In this document: piece after piece, positions 30,151-45,702 of the stretch
Layout: each line of letters begins with the position of its first letter
Numbering within the stretch: the stretch's first letter is position 1
NCBI GenBank assembly: GCA_031835245.2
Contig: JAVKOQ020000101.1
Span: 1-64,000 of the forward strand
From: Balamuthia mandrillaris
Lineage: Eukaryota
DNA length: 64,000 nt
Direction: 5' to 3'
Program-made: the position numbers and the translations under genes
The notes under the pieces: model-generated
What the model saw: the letters and a program-made list of their open reading frames with translations, nothing else
The model's database searches: none
What the model was told of the DNA's origin: nothing

Positions 30151-31440
30151 TTAGTGCCAGACAAAGCCCAGCACTTGTTGGTCGTGCTGATTGCATTGCC
30201 CAATGAACTGATAGGAGTTATCCTGGAGGCCCATGCCACAAACATCAACGAAGCATACAAACTTCTCACAACAAGGCTCAGGATCAAAGTCCGACTCTTC
30301 ACAAAATGGTACCGTCATCCAGCCGCCAAGCTTGAAGGCGCAGTTCACACAGGGGAGGTCCTCTTCTTCAGCGGTCATCTCTCGGCCCAACCTGTATTCC
30401 ACCTCGTCAGCATCATCATTGGGTGAGCCCTCGCACCTGCTCCATCCAACCACCGTGTCCTCGTTGTACTCCACCCAGAGGTTCTTCGGGGGTTGCTGAT
30501 TGATGTTCGGAAGCGTTTGTTTCACCACGGAAATGAACTCCATCAGGTCTTGCGGCAGCACTTCACGCAACGACGGTGAACCTGTCGCTTTTGATTTTGG
30601 GAACCGTTCTTTTCGTTCCTCTTCCTCCTCCTCTTCCTCCTCCTTCTTCTCCTCCACGTTCCCCTTCTCTTTCTCTGGGTGTTGACGAAGGGTCAACACA
30701 GCCTCTGCAGCTCTCCATTTGAGATTGGGAAAGACTGGCCTCACCGGAGCCCACACCCAACGCACCACGCTTGTCTCACTAGTATAAACCCCTTTGCACT
30801 CATCATCATTCTCGCAAAACTTGAAGCACTGCAACAACAGGTCATCACGGTGCAAACGCTCCCCCAAAGCTCGACTCAGAAAAGGGTCCTCCTCGTCCCC
30901 TCGCTTGAGGCTTGGCGGCAGGTCCCTTGTGTGCAGTTGAAACACGAATTCCAGAGGAACACCACAGCCCTTGCACTTGGGCCATTCCTCTCCTTCTGGC
31001 AAGAAGGGACGGTTTCCCCCAAGCTTGGAGAGCCCTGTCGGCGAAACAAGAGGTTGGTCCTCCCACGGGTACTCTTCTCCATAGACATAACGTCGAATGC
31101 CGTCGTCCGAGAGCTTTGTGCTGAGGTGGTGTTGCCCATCAGGGAACTTCTGTGTGCGTTTGACCAGTGGGCAGAAGCACACCCTCTTCACACGAAACTC
31201 CTCTCCTTCCTGCTCTTTTGCTTCCGCTTTTTCTTCTTCCTCTTCTTGTTCTCGTTGTGCTGGTGCTGGTGTGGTGGTGGGAGGTGTGTCTGCTTGGTGG
31301 GTCGCTCCGCCTTGCTCCTAGCGGGGCAGCTTTGTTGGTCGCTGTCCCTTGTGCGGAGAAGCAGCTTCTTCGTTCTCCTCCGAAGCCAAAAGTGTGTGCT
31401 TCCGTTTGTTTCCTTGCGGAGGCACCTGTTCTTCTTCCAT
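30151..31440 (-). CDS. DUF1963/YwqG-like (PDCD2_C-related) protein; in-frame TAG at codon 41, so possibly a pseudogene
   Basis: SKLGGNRPFLPEGEEWPKCKGCGVPLEFVFQL, a second FKLGGW motif, and C-terminal IGQCNQH...LGFVWH. ATG at 31440 is in frame with ORF 30151..31191 apart from TAG at 31318-31320. Confidence 0.7.
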
Positions 31441-32034
31441 CACTTATTTTTGTTTGTGGTGTATGGTGTCGACAGACACGTCACATAAGTCCGCAAGAAT
31501 AGGGTCAGACTGTCGACTCCGTTCCATACACTCCGCGCTAAATTCCTCAAATTCCTCTTTTTTCATTTTGTCGACTTTTCCTTTTTTTGTCCTTGTCCAG
31601 AAAGAAAAAAAAAGAAGGGAAAAGAAGAAGAGAAAGAGAAAGAGAAAGAGAGGTTGAGGGGAAAGAAAGAATTAAGAGAGAGAGAGAGAGAGCAAGCATG
31701 AGAAAGAATGCAAGTATGAAAGCCATTTACTAACATTTGTGACGACAAGGAAAAGGCAGAACTCGAACCTTTCCTGTTCATGTCTTTTGCTCTCTCTAGC
31801 TCACGGCAGCAACCACAATTTGCAACAGTGCATGGATGAAGACCAAGACCACGCTCATGTTGGGTTTTGTTGGAACGTGAGGAAAAACGTGGTTTCTGCT
31901 CTCCCTTCTGGTTGTGACAAAAATGGTGCTCACACACAAACACCTCCGCCATCGAATCTTTTTTGATTCCTAAAAAAAGAAAACAACAACAAAAAAACGG
32001 TAACAGAAAGAGTCGACAATTAAAAAACAAACAC

Positions 32035-32071
32035 ACGTCACCGGACGGTTGAAGCAACCGTCCGGTGACGT
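32035..32071. repeat. Perfect inverted repeat, 17-bp arms and 3-nt spacer
   Basis: acgtcaccggacggttg-aag-caaccgtccggtgacgt. Confidence 0.95.
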
Positions 32072-32139
32072 CACGTTAACCATTTAAAGGTATAATGACA
32101 TCAGCGATGACGTGTGTTAGAAAATTCAGTACCCAGAGT

Positions 32140-32330
32140 GTCTTCTTCGTTCGCATGGGGTCCTTCCTCACCCCTGTCCATCCGATCCACCGTTTCCTCG
32201 TTATCCGGGCGTGATGTCCTCAGGTGGTTGCGCATTGTTTTTCTGGAATGAATTCCACCAGCTCTTGTGGTAGAACTTCATGCAACTCTGGCGATCCGAT
32301 CCCCTTTAGTTTCGTTTCCTCTTCCACTTT
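32140..32330 (-). pseudogene. Diverged DUF1963/YwqG-like fragment
   Basis: Minus strand reads GSPELHEVLPQELVEFI, compared with GSPSLREVLPQDLMEFI in 30151..31440. Frameshifted afterwards. Confidence 0.65.
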
Positions 32331-32560
32331 CTCTTCCTCTGTCTTTGGGTATTTTCTTCGGTCTTCCACCTTCTTTTCCTCTTTCGCATAACAACGCCAT
32401 TGTTACTTTTGTTTTAAATGCGCTCTTCGTATTGACGATATGCGAATAACACAGTGAGCAGAGTGACAGACCAAGAACCAGAAAGAGGAAAACTGAAGTT
32501 GTTTATATTATGCTGTCAGGGTCTCCACGGAAACAAAAAACAAACAGGGATGAGCTCAGT

Positions 32561-32953
32561 TCAGAACAGTGTACAACACCCCACTGCCGCTGTCTGTCGC
32601 ACTGTCAACGAGAGGGCATCTCCCGACTCCAAGAGGTCCTGCAACTTCTCTCCCTCCGTCACCGCCCCACCCTTGCACTTTGTCTCCAAGATTCTCATCT
32701 TTACCTTCACCTTTGCCACTCTGGGCATTCCCTTCTGTTGGCTTTGGATGGTCTCATCGAAGAACCGATAGAAAACGGAGTGAACGTCCCCGACGGTGGC
32801 GGTGGGCAGGACGTAGACAGCGAAATTGGTTTGGCCTTGCCCTTGCTCCACGTAGGGCCCGTGAGGCAGTTTCTCCGTAAAATTCACGTCCAAGCGGAAG
32901 ATTTGGCTGGAGGTGACGTGCGTCGCGCCACCATGGTGGTGGTTGCTCCTCAT
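32561..32953 (-). CDS. Small predicted ubiquitin-like protein with CaaX box, copy 3
   Basis: 130 aa paralog with a distinct N-terminus, MRSNHHHGG. Ends VGCCTLF*. Confidence 0.8.
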   Translation of the reverse strand: MRSNHHHGGATHVTSSQIFRLDVNFTEKLPHGPYVEQGQGQTNFAVYVLPTATVGDVHSVFYRFFDETIQSQQKGMPRVAKVKVKMRILETKCKGGAVTEGEKLQDLLESGDALSLTVRQTAAVGCCTLF

Positions 32954-33473
32954 TGTTTTCTGTGTTCTGTCTGGTTTTGTTCTTTTAATGTGAGTTTAGA
33001 CTTTAAACCAATCTCTCAACGCTTTTTATGTGTGATATTCCAACAACACGTGACTGCTATTGTCCGCCAACCACAATTAATAAAGCTAATCCATTAAACC
33101 AAATCCTGGAAATGTTCCGGTTTGTAACACTTTTCGTACTCTCACTTGCATACTTTTCCAGGTTTAAAAAACAGCTTTTTCTAAAAGTAACAACAAATAA
33201 AGCCACCTGAGCTTTAGTATGAACAGTCTTCGCCATCATACCACCTGGTCAGAAAAAAAGGAGGAAGCAACGGAAGAAACAAGAGGTTGGTCCTCCCACA
33301 GCCAGGTTGGGGTTGTTTCGGCATGCACATGAATCCCAACTCTCGTGCAGAAAGTCATGCAACGCTGCCGGGGATCCCGTTAGTTTGAAACGTGACCTAT
33401 TGTTCCTTCTCTCTCTTCCTCATACAGATGCATAAAAGTTGAGAAAATTGAGCACAAATAGAACAAGAACAAG

Positions 33474-33679
33474 GGCAGTCCCTCCTGTTGAAGTTGGTAG
33501 GTCTCATCGAAGGACTTGTGATAAACGGAGTGAACGTCCCCGACGGTGGCGGTGGGGTGGACGTAGACAGCGCATTTGGTTTGGCCTTGCCCTTGCTCCA
33601 CGTACGGCCCGTTGGGCAGTTTCTCCGTAAAATGCACGGCCAAGCGGACGACTAGGGTGGAGGTTGTACGGCTACCCAT
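33474..33679 (-). pseudogene. Truncated copy 4 of the ubiquitin-like CaaX gene
   Basis: About 69 codons homologous (MGSRTTS...QEGLP), then a deletion into the 3' flank. The C-terminal half and the CaaX box are lost. Confidence 0.8.
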
Positions 33680-33991
33680 TGGTTTCCGTCTGGTTCTGTG
33701 TTTGTTTTACCGGTGTTTCAACGTAAACCTGACTCAAGCGGTTTTTTTTTTTCGAATAGTCTTCAGCTTCTTTATAAGGACCTGGAATCCAGGACAGATG
33801 GGTGGCCCCTTGCTAAGGCGTTCACATGGAGGAGGGCATCAGCGCTCCTGTTGCTGCCTCACAGTCCGGCAAATGTCCTGCCTGAAATACTTAAATTGAT
33901 GATAGATGTCCAACGGACCGCTAAGACCTGTTCCTGTTGCATGTGGTTCCCTGCCATCCTATCCGTGCCCCTCTTCTCTCTCTCCCTCCCT

Positions 33992-34040
<49 letters not shown>

Positions 34041-34131
34041 TTTTTGGTGGTAAGCCTGCTGAAGCACTGCAACAAAAGGTCAATACGGAGCAAACACTCC
34101 TCTTCACCTTGCTTAGCGGCGTTCACGATTC

Positions 34132-34171
<40 letters not shown>

Positions 34172-34297
34172 AAAAACTATCAACTGAACTGTGCTGTGTT
34201 AATGTGTATTTTTTTTTTTGTAAAATAATAAATAAGTTTAAACAAACAAAAGTTAAAAAGTTAAACAAAGGGAAAACAACAAAAAGAAAAAAAAATG
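33680..34297. repeat. Segmental duplication block, copy 3 (internally deleted)
   Basis: Matches 28610-28710, 29131-29380 and 29480-29697. Confidence 0.85.
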
Positions 34298-38955
<4,658 letters not shown>

Positions 38956-39996
38956 GTCGTTCTTGTTGTTTTATTTTTTGCTTGCCCTGCTGGCCAGCTT
39001 TTGGTGTTTGTCGTTGTTGATCGATCGGAGGGTTTTAACGCGTTAACAAAAAAAAAGATGAGAAAGAAAGAAGCGAAGAACTGAAACACTCAAATGAAGA
39101 ACGGTTACCTTGCTAAATGAAAAAAAAAGCCGAGGAACAAAAAAAAAACTAGTTTTCCTTGTATTAAAAAAAAAAACACAGCGGCGGTCTTTTTTTGTTG
39201 TTGTTCGGGTGTTGCCTCTTCTGGTGTTCTTCTTCCTCTTCTCCTTCCCAACCCGAAGAAAGAAAAAATGAGTGCTCACGAGGCCTCCTTTTTTTTTTTG
39301 AAACTTTGCTGCGTGTCGAAACAGACGAATAAACCTCCCGCTTGGATAACTACGACGTTGCCGCAAACAAAACAGAAAAAAAAAACCTCACCCACCGCTC
39401 TCTCTCTCTCTCTCTCTCGATCAAGAATTCGCAACAAACTGCGTAATGAGTTGTGTGTGTGTGTGTGTGTGGGGGGGTGAGAGCGCGGTTCCGGCCGAAT
39501 CGAGCTATCCGTCGCGCACCTCCCGATTTTCTTTGGCCTTTGCGGAAAGTTGCCTCCGAAACCAGTTCCAGTTCTCGGAGAATAAACAATCACCACTTTG
39601 AGGCGCTGCACGTGTGAGGAAGAGGAGGAGGATGAAGACGACGATTGGGTTTTGTCAACGCATCCCATCACCACCACTACCAAGCGAAGGTGGTGAGGCA
39701 GAGAGAGCCTCGGCGTTTCCCATCCGACGGGGATCTTGTGTTCTACTTCCCTTATTCAAGGAACTATTTAATTCTCCGGTCCAATGGGGAGATTTTTAAT
39801 CTCACCGATTTGTTTTATTTTCTCCGATCTTGCCGCCTACTTTCCAAGGATTTTCATTCCTGGAACCGTAGCCTGACAACACTTGAGCAAAAATCGAACA
39901 GGAGCTGTGCATAAAAGCTGCGCTTTTTTGTTATCATGTCGACCTGAAATTTTTTTGTCGACACAAAAAAGACAGAAAAAAGAGAGAAGAGAGAAA

Positions 39997-40374
39997 ATGG
40001 AAAAGAAGAAAGGCGGCAGCCGGCAAAATGGTGGCGCTTCACCTCTGTCTGCAGCAGAAAGAGAGCGGCGTGAGCGAAAGATGTTCATGGTTTGGTTTTT
40101 CAAAATCCCTTTGAGTGATACCGTCATCAACATAAGCTTCTAATCGTCGCTGCTCTTCTTTTCGGTCCCTTGATTGTGATAGTCCTCCAAAGTGAGCAAG
40201 ATTCGTGAGGCTCCCACCGAAAAGCCGACTTCCCGGAAGCGGAAACGCGCAGAGCTCACTGCGGACGAAGAGATAGAACAGGAGCTGAAGGAGCTTTCTC
40301 GCGAGGTGCACGACTTTGGTACACACATTTGCTCCTCCAGCTTTGCTTAGCTGATCTCTCTTGTCATCTCTCTT

Positions 40375-40416
<42 letters not shown>

Positions 40417-41003
40417 CTCTCTCGCTCTCTTCTGCTCTTTCTTTTCCTGTGTGTGTTCAAATTGCTGTTTCGCAGGTGCTTCGCAGTTTACCGGAAGACG
40501 AAAGAAGCAGTGGGATGAACAAAAGATCATCAGCCTCGGCGGACATGCCAGCAAGAAGCCAAAGATGCCCTACCACATGCTGATAGGCAAAAAGAAGAAA
40601 GAGGCAGAGCGAGAGGAAAAGCGAATCAAAAAGGTCTCTCCGTGCTCTCTTCTCTCTCTTTGCTCTCTTCTCTTGTGTAGCTAACCATCAAAGTGTTTGT
40701 TTCGTCACAACAATAAAACAACAGCTGAAAGAAACGGGAATGTATGTAGCTGGAGTGTCCAACAAAGCAAACAACAACAGCAACACGGCAGACTCCAGCA
40801 AGAAGAAGGTGGGACTTGCCGGCATCATGAGCGGGGAGAGAGGACTGAAAGCCTCCGCTGGATTCTACCGCAATGGCGTGCTCTACGTGAAGCCGCCTCC
40901 TGACATAAGAAAAAGAGAGGAGGCAGAGAACAAAGAGAAGAAAGGACGACCCAAGTGGCGAAAGAAGAACAAAGGCAAGAAAGGCAAGAAAGGACGTAAG
41001 TAA
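39997..41003 (+). CDS. Small-subunit processome assembly factor FSAF1/C1orf131 (Faf1)-like, 3 introns
   Basis: After splicing: EVHDFGASQFTGRRKKQWDEQKIISLGGHASKKPKMPYHML...GFYRNGVLYV, followed by a basic tail. Confidence 0.75.
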
Positions 41004-41060
41004 AAGAAACCAACACCAAACTTTGGAAAACAGTTCTATCTTTCTTTGTGTGTTAGTTTG

Positions 41061-41600
41061 TTAGCAGCTCTCCTCTGTCCACCTTCTCTTTTTCAGCGTA
41101 TGGGAAGCGGAGGACGAGGAGGTGCAACAGAAGGAGGAAGCAGAGGTGGACGAAGAACAAAGCTGAAGGAACCGTTCCGTACGTTGCTCCGTTTTCTCTA
41201 CTTGGTCTCTTTGATTACCTTTCAACCGTTCTCTGGGTTGCACTTGCGGACGTTGCCTCGCTGCCTCATGGCCATTTCTGCCCTGCAGTCTTTCCACCAC
41301 TTGGAGCTCCTTCCTCTTCTCCTCTGCCCGTCTCTCGAGCTCTCTCAGCTCCCCCGTTTTCTCATGGATCAACCGTTCCAGCTCTTGCAGCCTCGTCCTG
41401 GCGACGGCACACCCGCTGCACTCTTGCCGCCGCTCCTCTTTGGAGGCTAGCAGCACGCCCATCTGCCGCAGGTGCTCCTCGCACCGCCACAGCGTCATCT
41501 CGGTGAAGCTGAGCTGCTCCGTCAGCCTGTGGTGCTCCTCTGCTTTCTCCATGGCTCGAAGGACCACGCTTGGGTGTGTCTGTGCTATGCGTGCTAGCTG
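41061..41600 (-). CDS. Hypothetical coiled-coil protein; last exon only, 5' structure unresolved
   Basis: ORF 41061..41567 is heptad/charge rich and is preceded by a plausible acceptor (ttccag) near 41598. Confidence 0.5.
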   Translation of the reverse strand, partial: QLARIAQTHPSVVLRAMEKAEEHHRLTEQLSFTEMTLWRCEEHLRQMGVLLASKEERRQECSGCAVARTRLQELERLIHEKTGELRELERRAEEKRKELQVVERLQGRNGHEAARQRPQVQPRERLKGNQRDQVEKTEQRTERFLQLCSSSTSASSFCCTSSSSASHTLKKRRWTEESC

Positions 41601-42315
41601 GAAGAAAACAAAAAGGGAGGAGGAGCAGGTTGAACAAGAAGCAAAGCTCTAGCGCTATACACACACGGTAGCAAGAGGAACGAATGAAACGAACCAACGT
41701 TAACCTTTGAACGGTTGGTGGTGGGGCCGAAGGTATCATGTCGTCCATCGTTGAATGTATTAAAACGAACAAGAAACAACGGTGCTTGCAACACCAGCAC
41801 AATTGTATGTACGATCGGGCGGTACTCTCTCGTCCTGCCGCACTGCTGGTTTGTACGTGTGCTTCTTTCCGTTGTCAAACACAAAGGAAAAATAAAACCC
41901 AAAGGAAAAAAAGTGGAGGAGAGCAATGCTATCCAAAATAAAATAAAATAAACTCAACAAAAGGTTTTAAAAAACCGAATAATGCCGTTACAGAAACTCC
42001 TCCGAATTTCAATACGAGCTCCTTGGGAAGTCCAGGCCACCCTTTTGGGGCGTGGCGGTGCATCAGCGATAAGGGCTTTTGCTTCCAACAGGAAGGAAAA
42101 AGAGGCGGCATTGCTTCAGAGATTGAAGAGGCCGTTGCTTCAGAGATTGAAAATGTTTTTTTTTTCTATAATGAAGAAGAGTTCTGGCCAAAGGACATTT
42201 TGTTTTGCTCTTTTCTTGCCACGTTGCTGTTTTGAACGAAAGGGGAGACACACAAGGAAGAGACAAACCAAAACATCTTTATAAATGTTTTTTTTTTTAA
42301 AAAAATGTTTGTGCC

Positions 42316-43234
42316 TCAGTGGATGCGTAAGTCGGGAAGCTCGAAAGGAAGGCCTTGTGGGTCGGCTTTATCGCCCATTTGCGAAGGAGAGAAGAACCGA
42401 AAGATCATCGCAGCGCCAATCTGTTGCAGCGAGAGTTTAGCTTGAAGCTTAGAAGTAGAAAAGCTGAACAACAAGAAGAAGAAGAACAACAAGAAAACGA
42501 GAAAAGGAATGATGGAAAAGCAAGCAAACGCCTTGATGAACAATAAATGAAGGAATAAGAGCAAAGCGAACGTACCTCGTCATCAAAGTAAGACTCCAAG
42601 CACTGGTTGATCCCTTCCACATATTTCTTCATCCCTTCCAATCGCTTGCCCGACTTCTTCATCTTGCTGAACGTTCGATTGCGAGGCAGCGGATGGGGCA
42701 AGACTATCTTGGCGTAACGTTGCGTCCACACGTTGAAAGCGTAAAACTGAGAGAAGCGACGAAAGACCGTCCAACGATACTCGTGCCACTCCACTTCCAC
42801 CTGAAACATATCGTAAGCGTTGCCCGAAGAACTCACCCTCGAGTCCTTATCTTCTATCCAAAAACGAATACGAGACCAGTCGAAGCTATACCTTCTTGTT
42901 TCTACAATAACCTCTTTCTTCTGTTCTTCTTGTTCAGTTTGTTGTTGTGGAGGTTGTTGCAGCACAGGAAGAGGAGGAGGAGATGAAGAAATAGGTGGAG
43001 GTGGTTGGACTTGTCGTTGGACTTGTTGTTGAGGAGGAGGATGTCTTTGATGATGAGTTGGATGAAGAGAAGTGGGAGGAGCAGGTTTGGCAAGGATACA
43101 GGGAGGCAAGAAGGAGTGCGGTTTTGGGTCTTTGATTGATGGATTCCAGTTGCCTCGGAACCTTGGCATCTCTACCTCTCCGTTTACTGTTATGTGGTGA
43201 GATGATAAAGATGAGTAAGTGAATGAGATGGAAA

Positions 43235-43279
<45 letters not shown>

Positions 43280-43710
43280 TGATCGTACGATTGACGGTGA
43301 TCAATGGCTTCGAGAGCATCAAGCTTTGTCTGACTTCTCTCTTGTTGAGGTCCTTCTGTCGCACGTTGTACTCCTCTCTGCTCAACGGCACCGGGGGAGC
43401 CTGTCCAATGTCGTTTTCCGCCTCCTCTGTGAAGGACGGCTCCACAAAGGCAACAGGGAACCATCCCAAACGGCCATTCTTCTCTCCTTTGGCCCATCCT
43501 TCATCTGCCTCGCCGACCTGATAGAAGAGATCGCCCTGAGCGAAGGAGAGCTCCACCTCGTCCTCCGCTTGAAAGTCGCATAACGCCAACACCAACTTGC
43601 GAGAATGATACAGAGAGTCGTCGTCTCCATCTTCCAGTTTTTCTTTAGCTTTGTCGTTTGTTGCAGCTGCTTCGTGTTTTGGTGTTTGTTGTTGCTTCTG
43701 TACAGAAGCA

Positions 43711-43780
<70 letters not shown>

Positions 43781-44735
43781 CAGAAGAAAGCGAGCGAGGC
43801 CTTTGTTGGGGTTGAGGCTGTTGCTGCTGTTGCTGTTGCAGCTGGTGTTGAAGTTGTGAACGTGAACGAGCCCGTTGAGTGGGTTGCAGAGAAACGCTCA
43901 GGTCAGGTGCAGACGAGTAAGACGAAGGACCGCCGTGCAAAGGAGCGGTAGGATGCTGTTGTTGCGGTTGTTGTTGTTGCATAGGAGGCCAACGAACGGT
44001 TTTGTGTTGAGAAGAAGAAGAAGAGGAGGAGGCAGAAGAAGCAGAAGAGGAAGAAGAAAGTGAGGGAGAAGAAAGAGGAAGAGCAGGAGAAGAACGTGGG
44101 GGAGCAAGAAGAGCTGGAGAAGAAAGGGAAGGTTGGTAATGAACAGGCGGTGGAGGGACGACAGGTGGTCCTTGATGGTGCGATTGGTGGTGAGCTGGCG
44201 AGGGTTGTCGCTGCAGTGCACCTTGGTCGTTATTGCTACTGTAGGTATTAGCAACGAACGCTGCTTGAGGTGGTGGCGGCCGTTCTGGCTGAGACGGAGA
44301 GAATGGAAGTGGAGCAAAAGGAGAAGGAGAAGAGGAAAAAGGCGAAGAAGGAGTAGTTGGAAAAGCAGGAAGAGGAGGTAAAGCTGGAGGCGTCTCTGTG
44401 GTCCTTTGTGCAGAGGTTGGAGGAGGAGGAAGCGGAGGGAGCGGCGCGTTATGGCAGGAAGCAGGGTCCACGTAGGAGCTTCTGTGCGGGGCAGCAGGCA
44501 ACGGCGGCGGAGGAGCAGCAGCTCCAGCTCCAGCCCCAGCCCCAGCCGCGCCAAGCGGCCAGGAAGCACCTCCTGCTACAGCAGCAGGAGGAGCATGAGC
44601 AAGGCGCTGTGGCGGTAATGAAGGGGCGGTTGTTGTTGGTTGTGGGAGAGGAGGAAGAGGGGGAAGGGAGGGCGCCTGTGCGTTATGCGGTGGGAGGGGT
44701 GGGAGAGGAGGTTGTCTCTGTTGAGAAGGCCACAT
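42316..44735 (-). CDS. Pro/Gln-rich SH3 and PX domain protein
   Basis: SH3: ALCDFQAEDEVELSFAQGD...GWAKGEKNGRLGWFPVAFVE. PX: WTVFRRFSQFYAF...LPHPLP. Two introns. Ends DLRIH*. Confidence 0.85.
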
Positions 44736-45393
44736 CCTCTCTTGTTTTTTCGTGTCTATAAAAGTCTCTATTGCTGTAACGCTGTTTTTTTTTGTCGACC
44801 GCAGTTATCTCTCTCTTCTCTAGGAGGAACCCTTCCGCTGAGTTTTCGTTTCCCGTTCTTCGTTTTATTGCCCCTTTGCTCCTGAGAGAACCACGGTGCT
44901 CTTTCAGGCCCGTCTGTTTACGCTCGCGGCAGCAACAAGCAACCAGGCCTTCATTCGTATCTCCTGGACGTTTAATGTGGGCTGTGGGCTGCAAGCATGA
45001 AAGAGAGGACAGACACCGGAGAGTAGGCCGCCTTCAACCCATTCTGTTGAACCTCCCCTTCTCCTTGTGCATAGTGCTGCAATACATTGAAAAAAAAAAA
45101 AGAAAAATGAAAACAGAAAACAAATAAATAATAAAAATAATAAATAAAATAATAAATAAAAAAACCAAAGGAAAAAGGAAAATAATGAAAAAAAAAGAAA
45201 AATAAAAAAATGAAAAATGGAAAAATGAAAAATATAAAAATGAAATAAAATGAAAAATAAAACAAAGTAATATTCAATCAACAAGAGAATGAAGCAGAAG
45301 AAGAATCTGCAACAAGAACACCTTGCCATTGGCCAACCAGCTGACAGTCATAGATGGTCGTTGGTGGAAAAGGAAAGAATCGCCTTCAGACGA

Positions 45394-45423
45394 GGATGGA
45401 TGGATGGATGGATGGATGGATGG
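45394..45423. repeat. (GGAT)n microsatellite
   Basis: About 7 units. Confidence 0.85.
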
Positions 45424-45637
45424 GGTATTCACGGAACAAGACATGTGAAGGACGCAAGTGAAGCGAAACAATGGGGGGGGGGGGGTGTGATGGCACCTTA
45501 TGTTTGCCACGGAAAAACTGGGCGAAAAAGGCAAAGAGTCACCACGCCCAATAATGCTGCGCTGTACAATGAACGTCAATACTTTCTTCTTTGCTTCTTC
45601 TTCATTCTGCCTCTTCACCTAACTGCCAAGCGATCCC

Positions 45638-45645
45638 TATAAATA
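45638..45645 (+). promoter_or_regulatory. Probable TATA box
   Basis: TATAAATA about 60 bp upstream of ATG 45703. Confidence 0.55.
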
Positions 45646-45702
45646 AAGGATGATGGCCAAGCGTAACTCTCAACTCACAAGCAAACAACAACAACAGCAA
45701 CA

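Noticed and set aside
45085..45275. Very A-rich tract and ORFs 44904..45329
   Set aside because: Low-complexity intergenic DNA with no supportable function.
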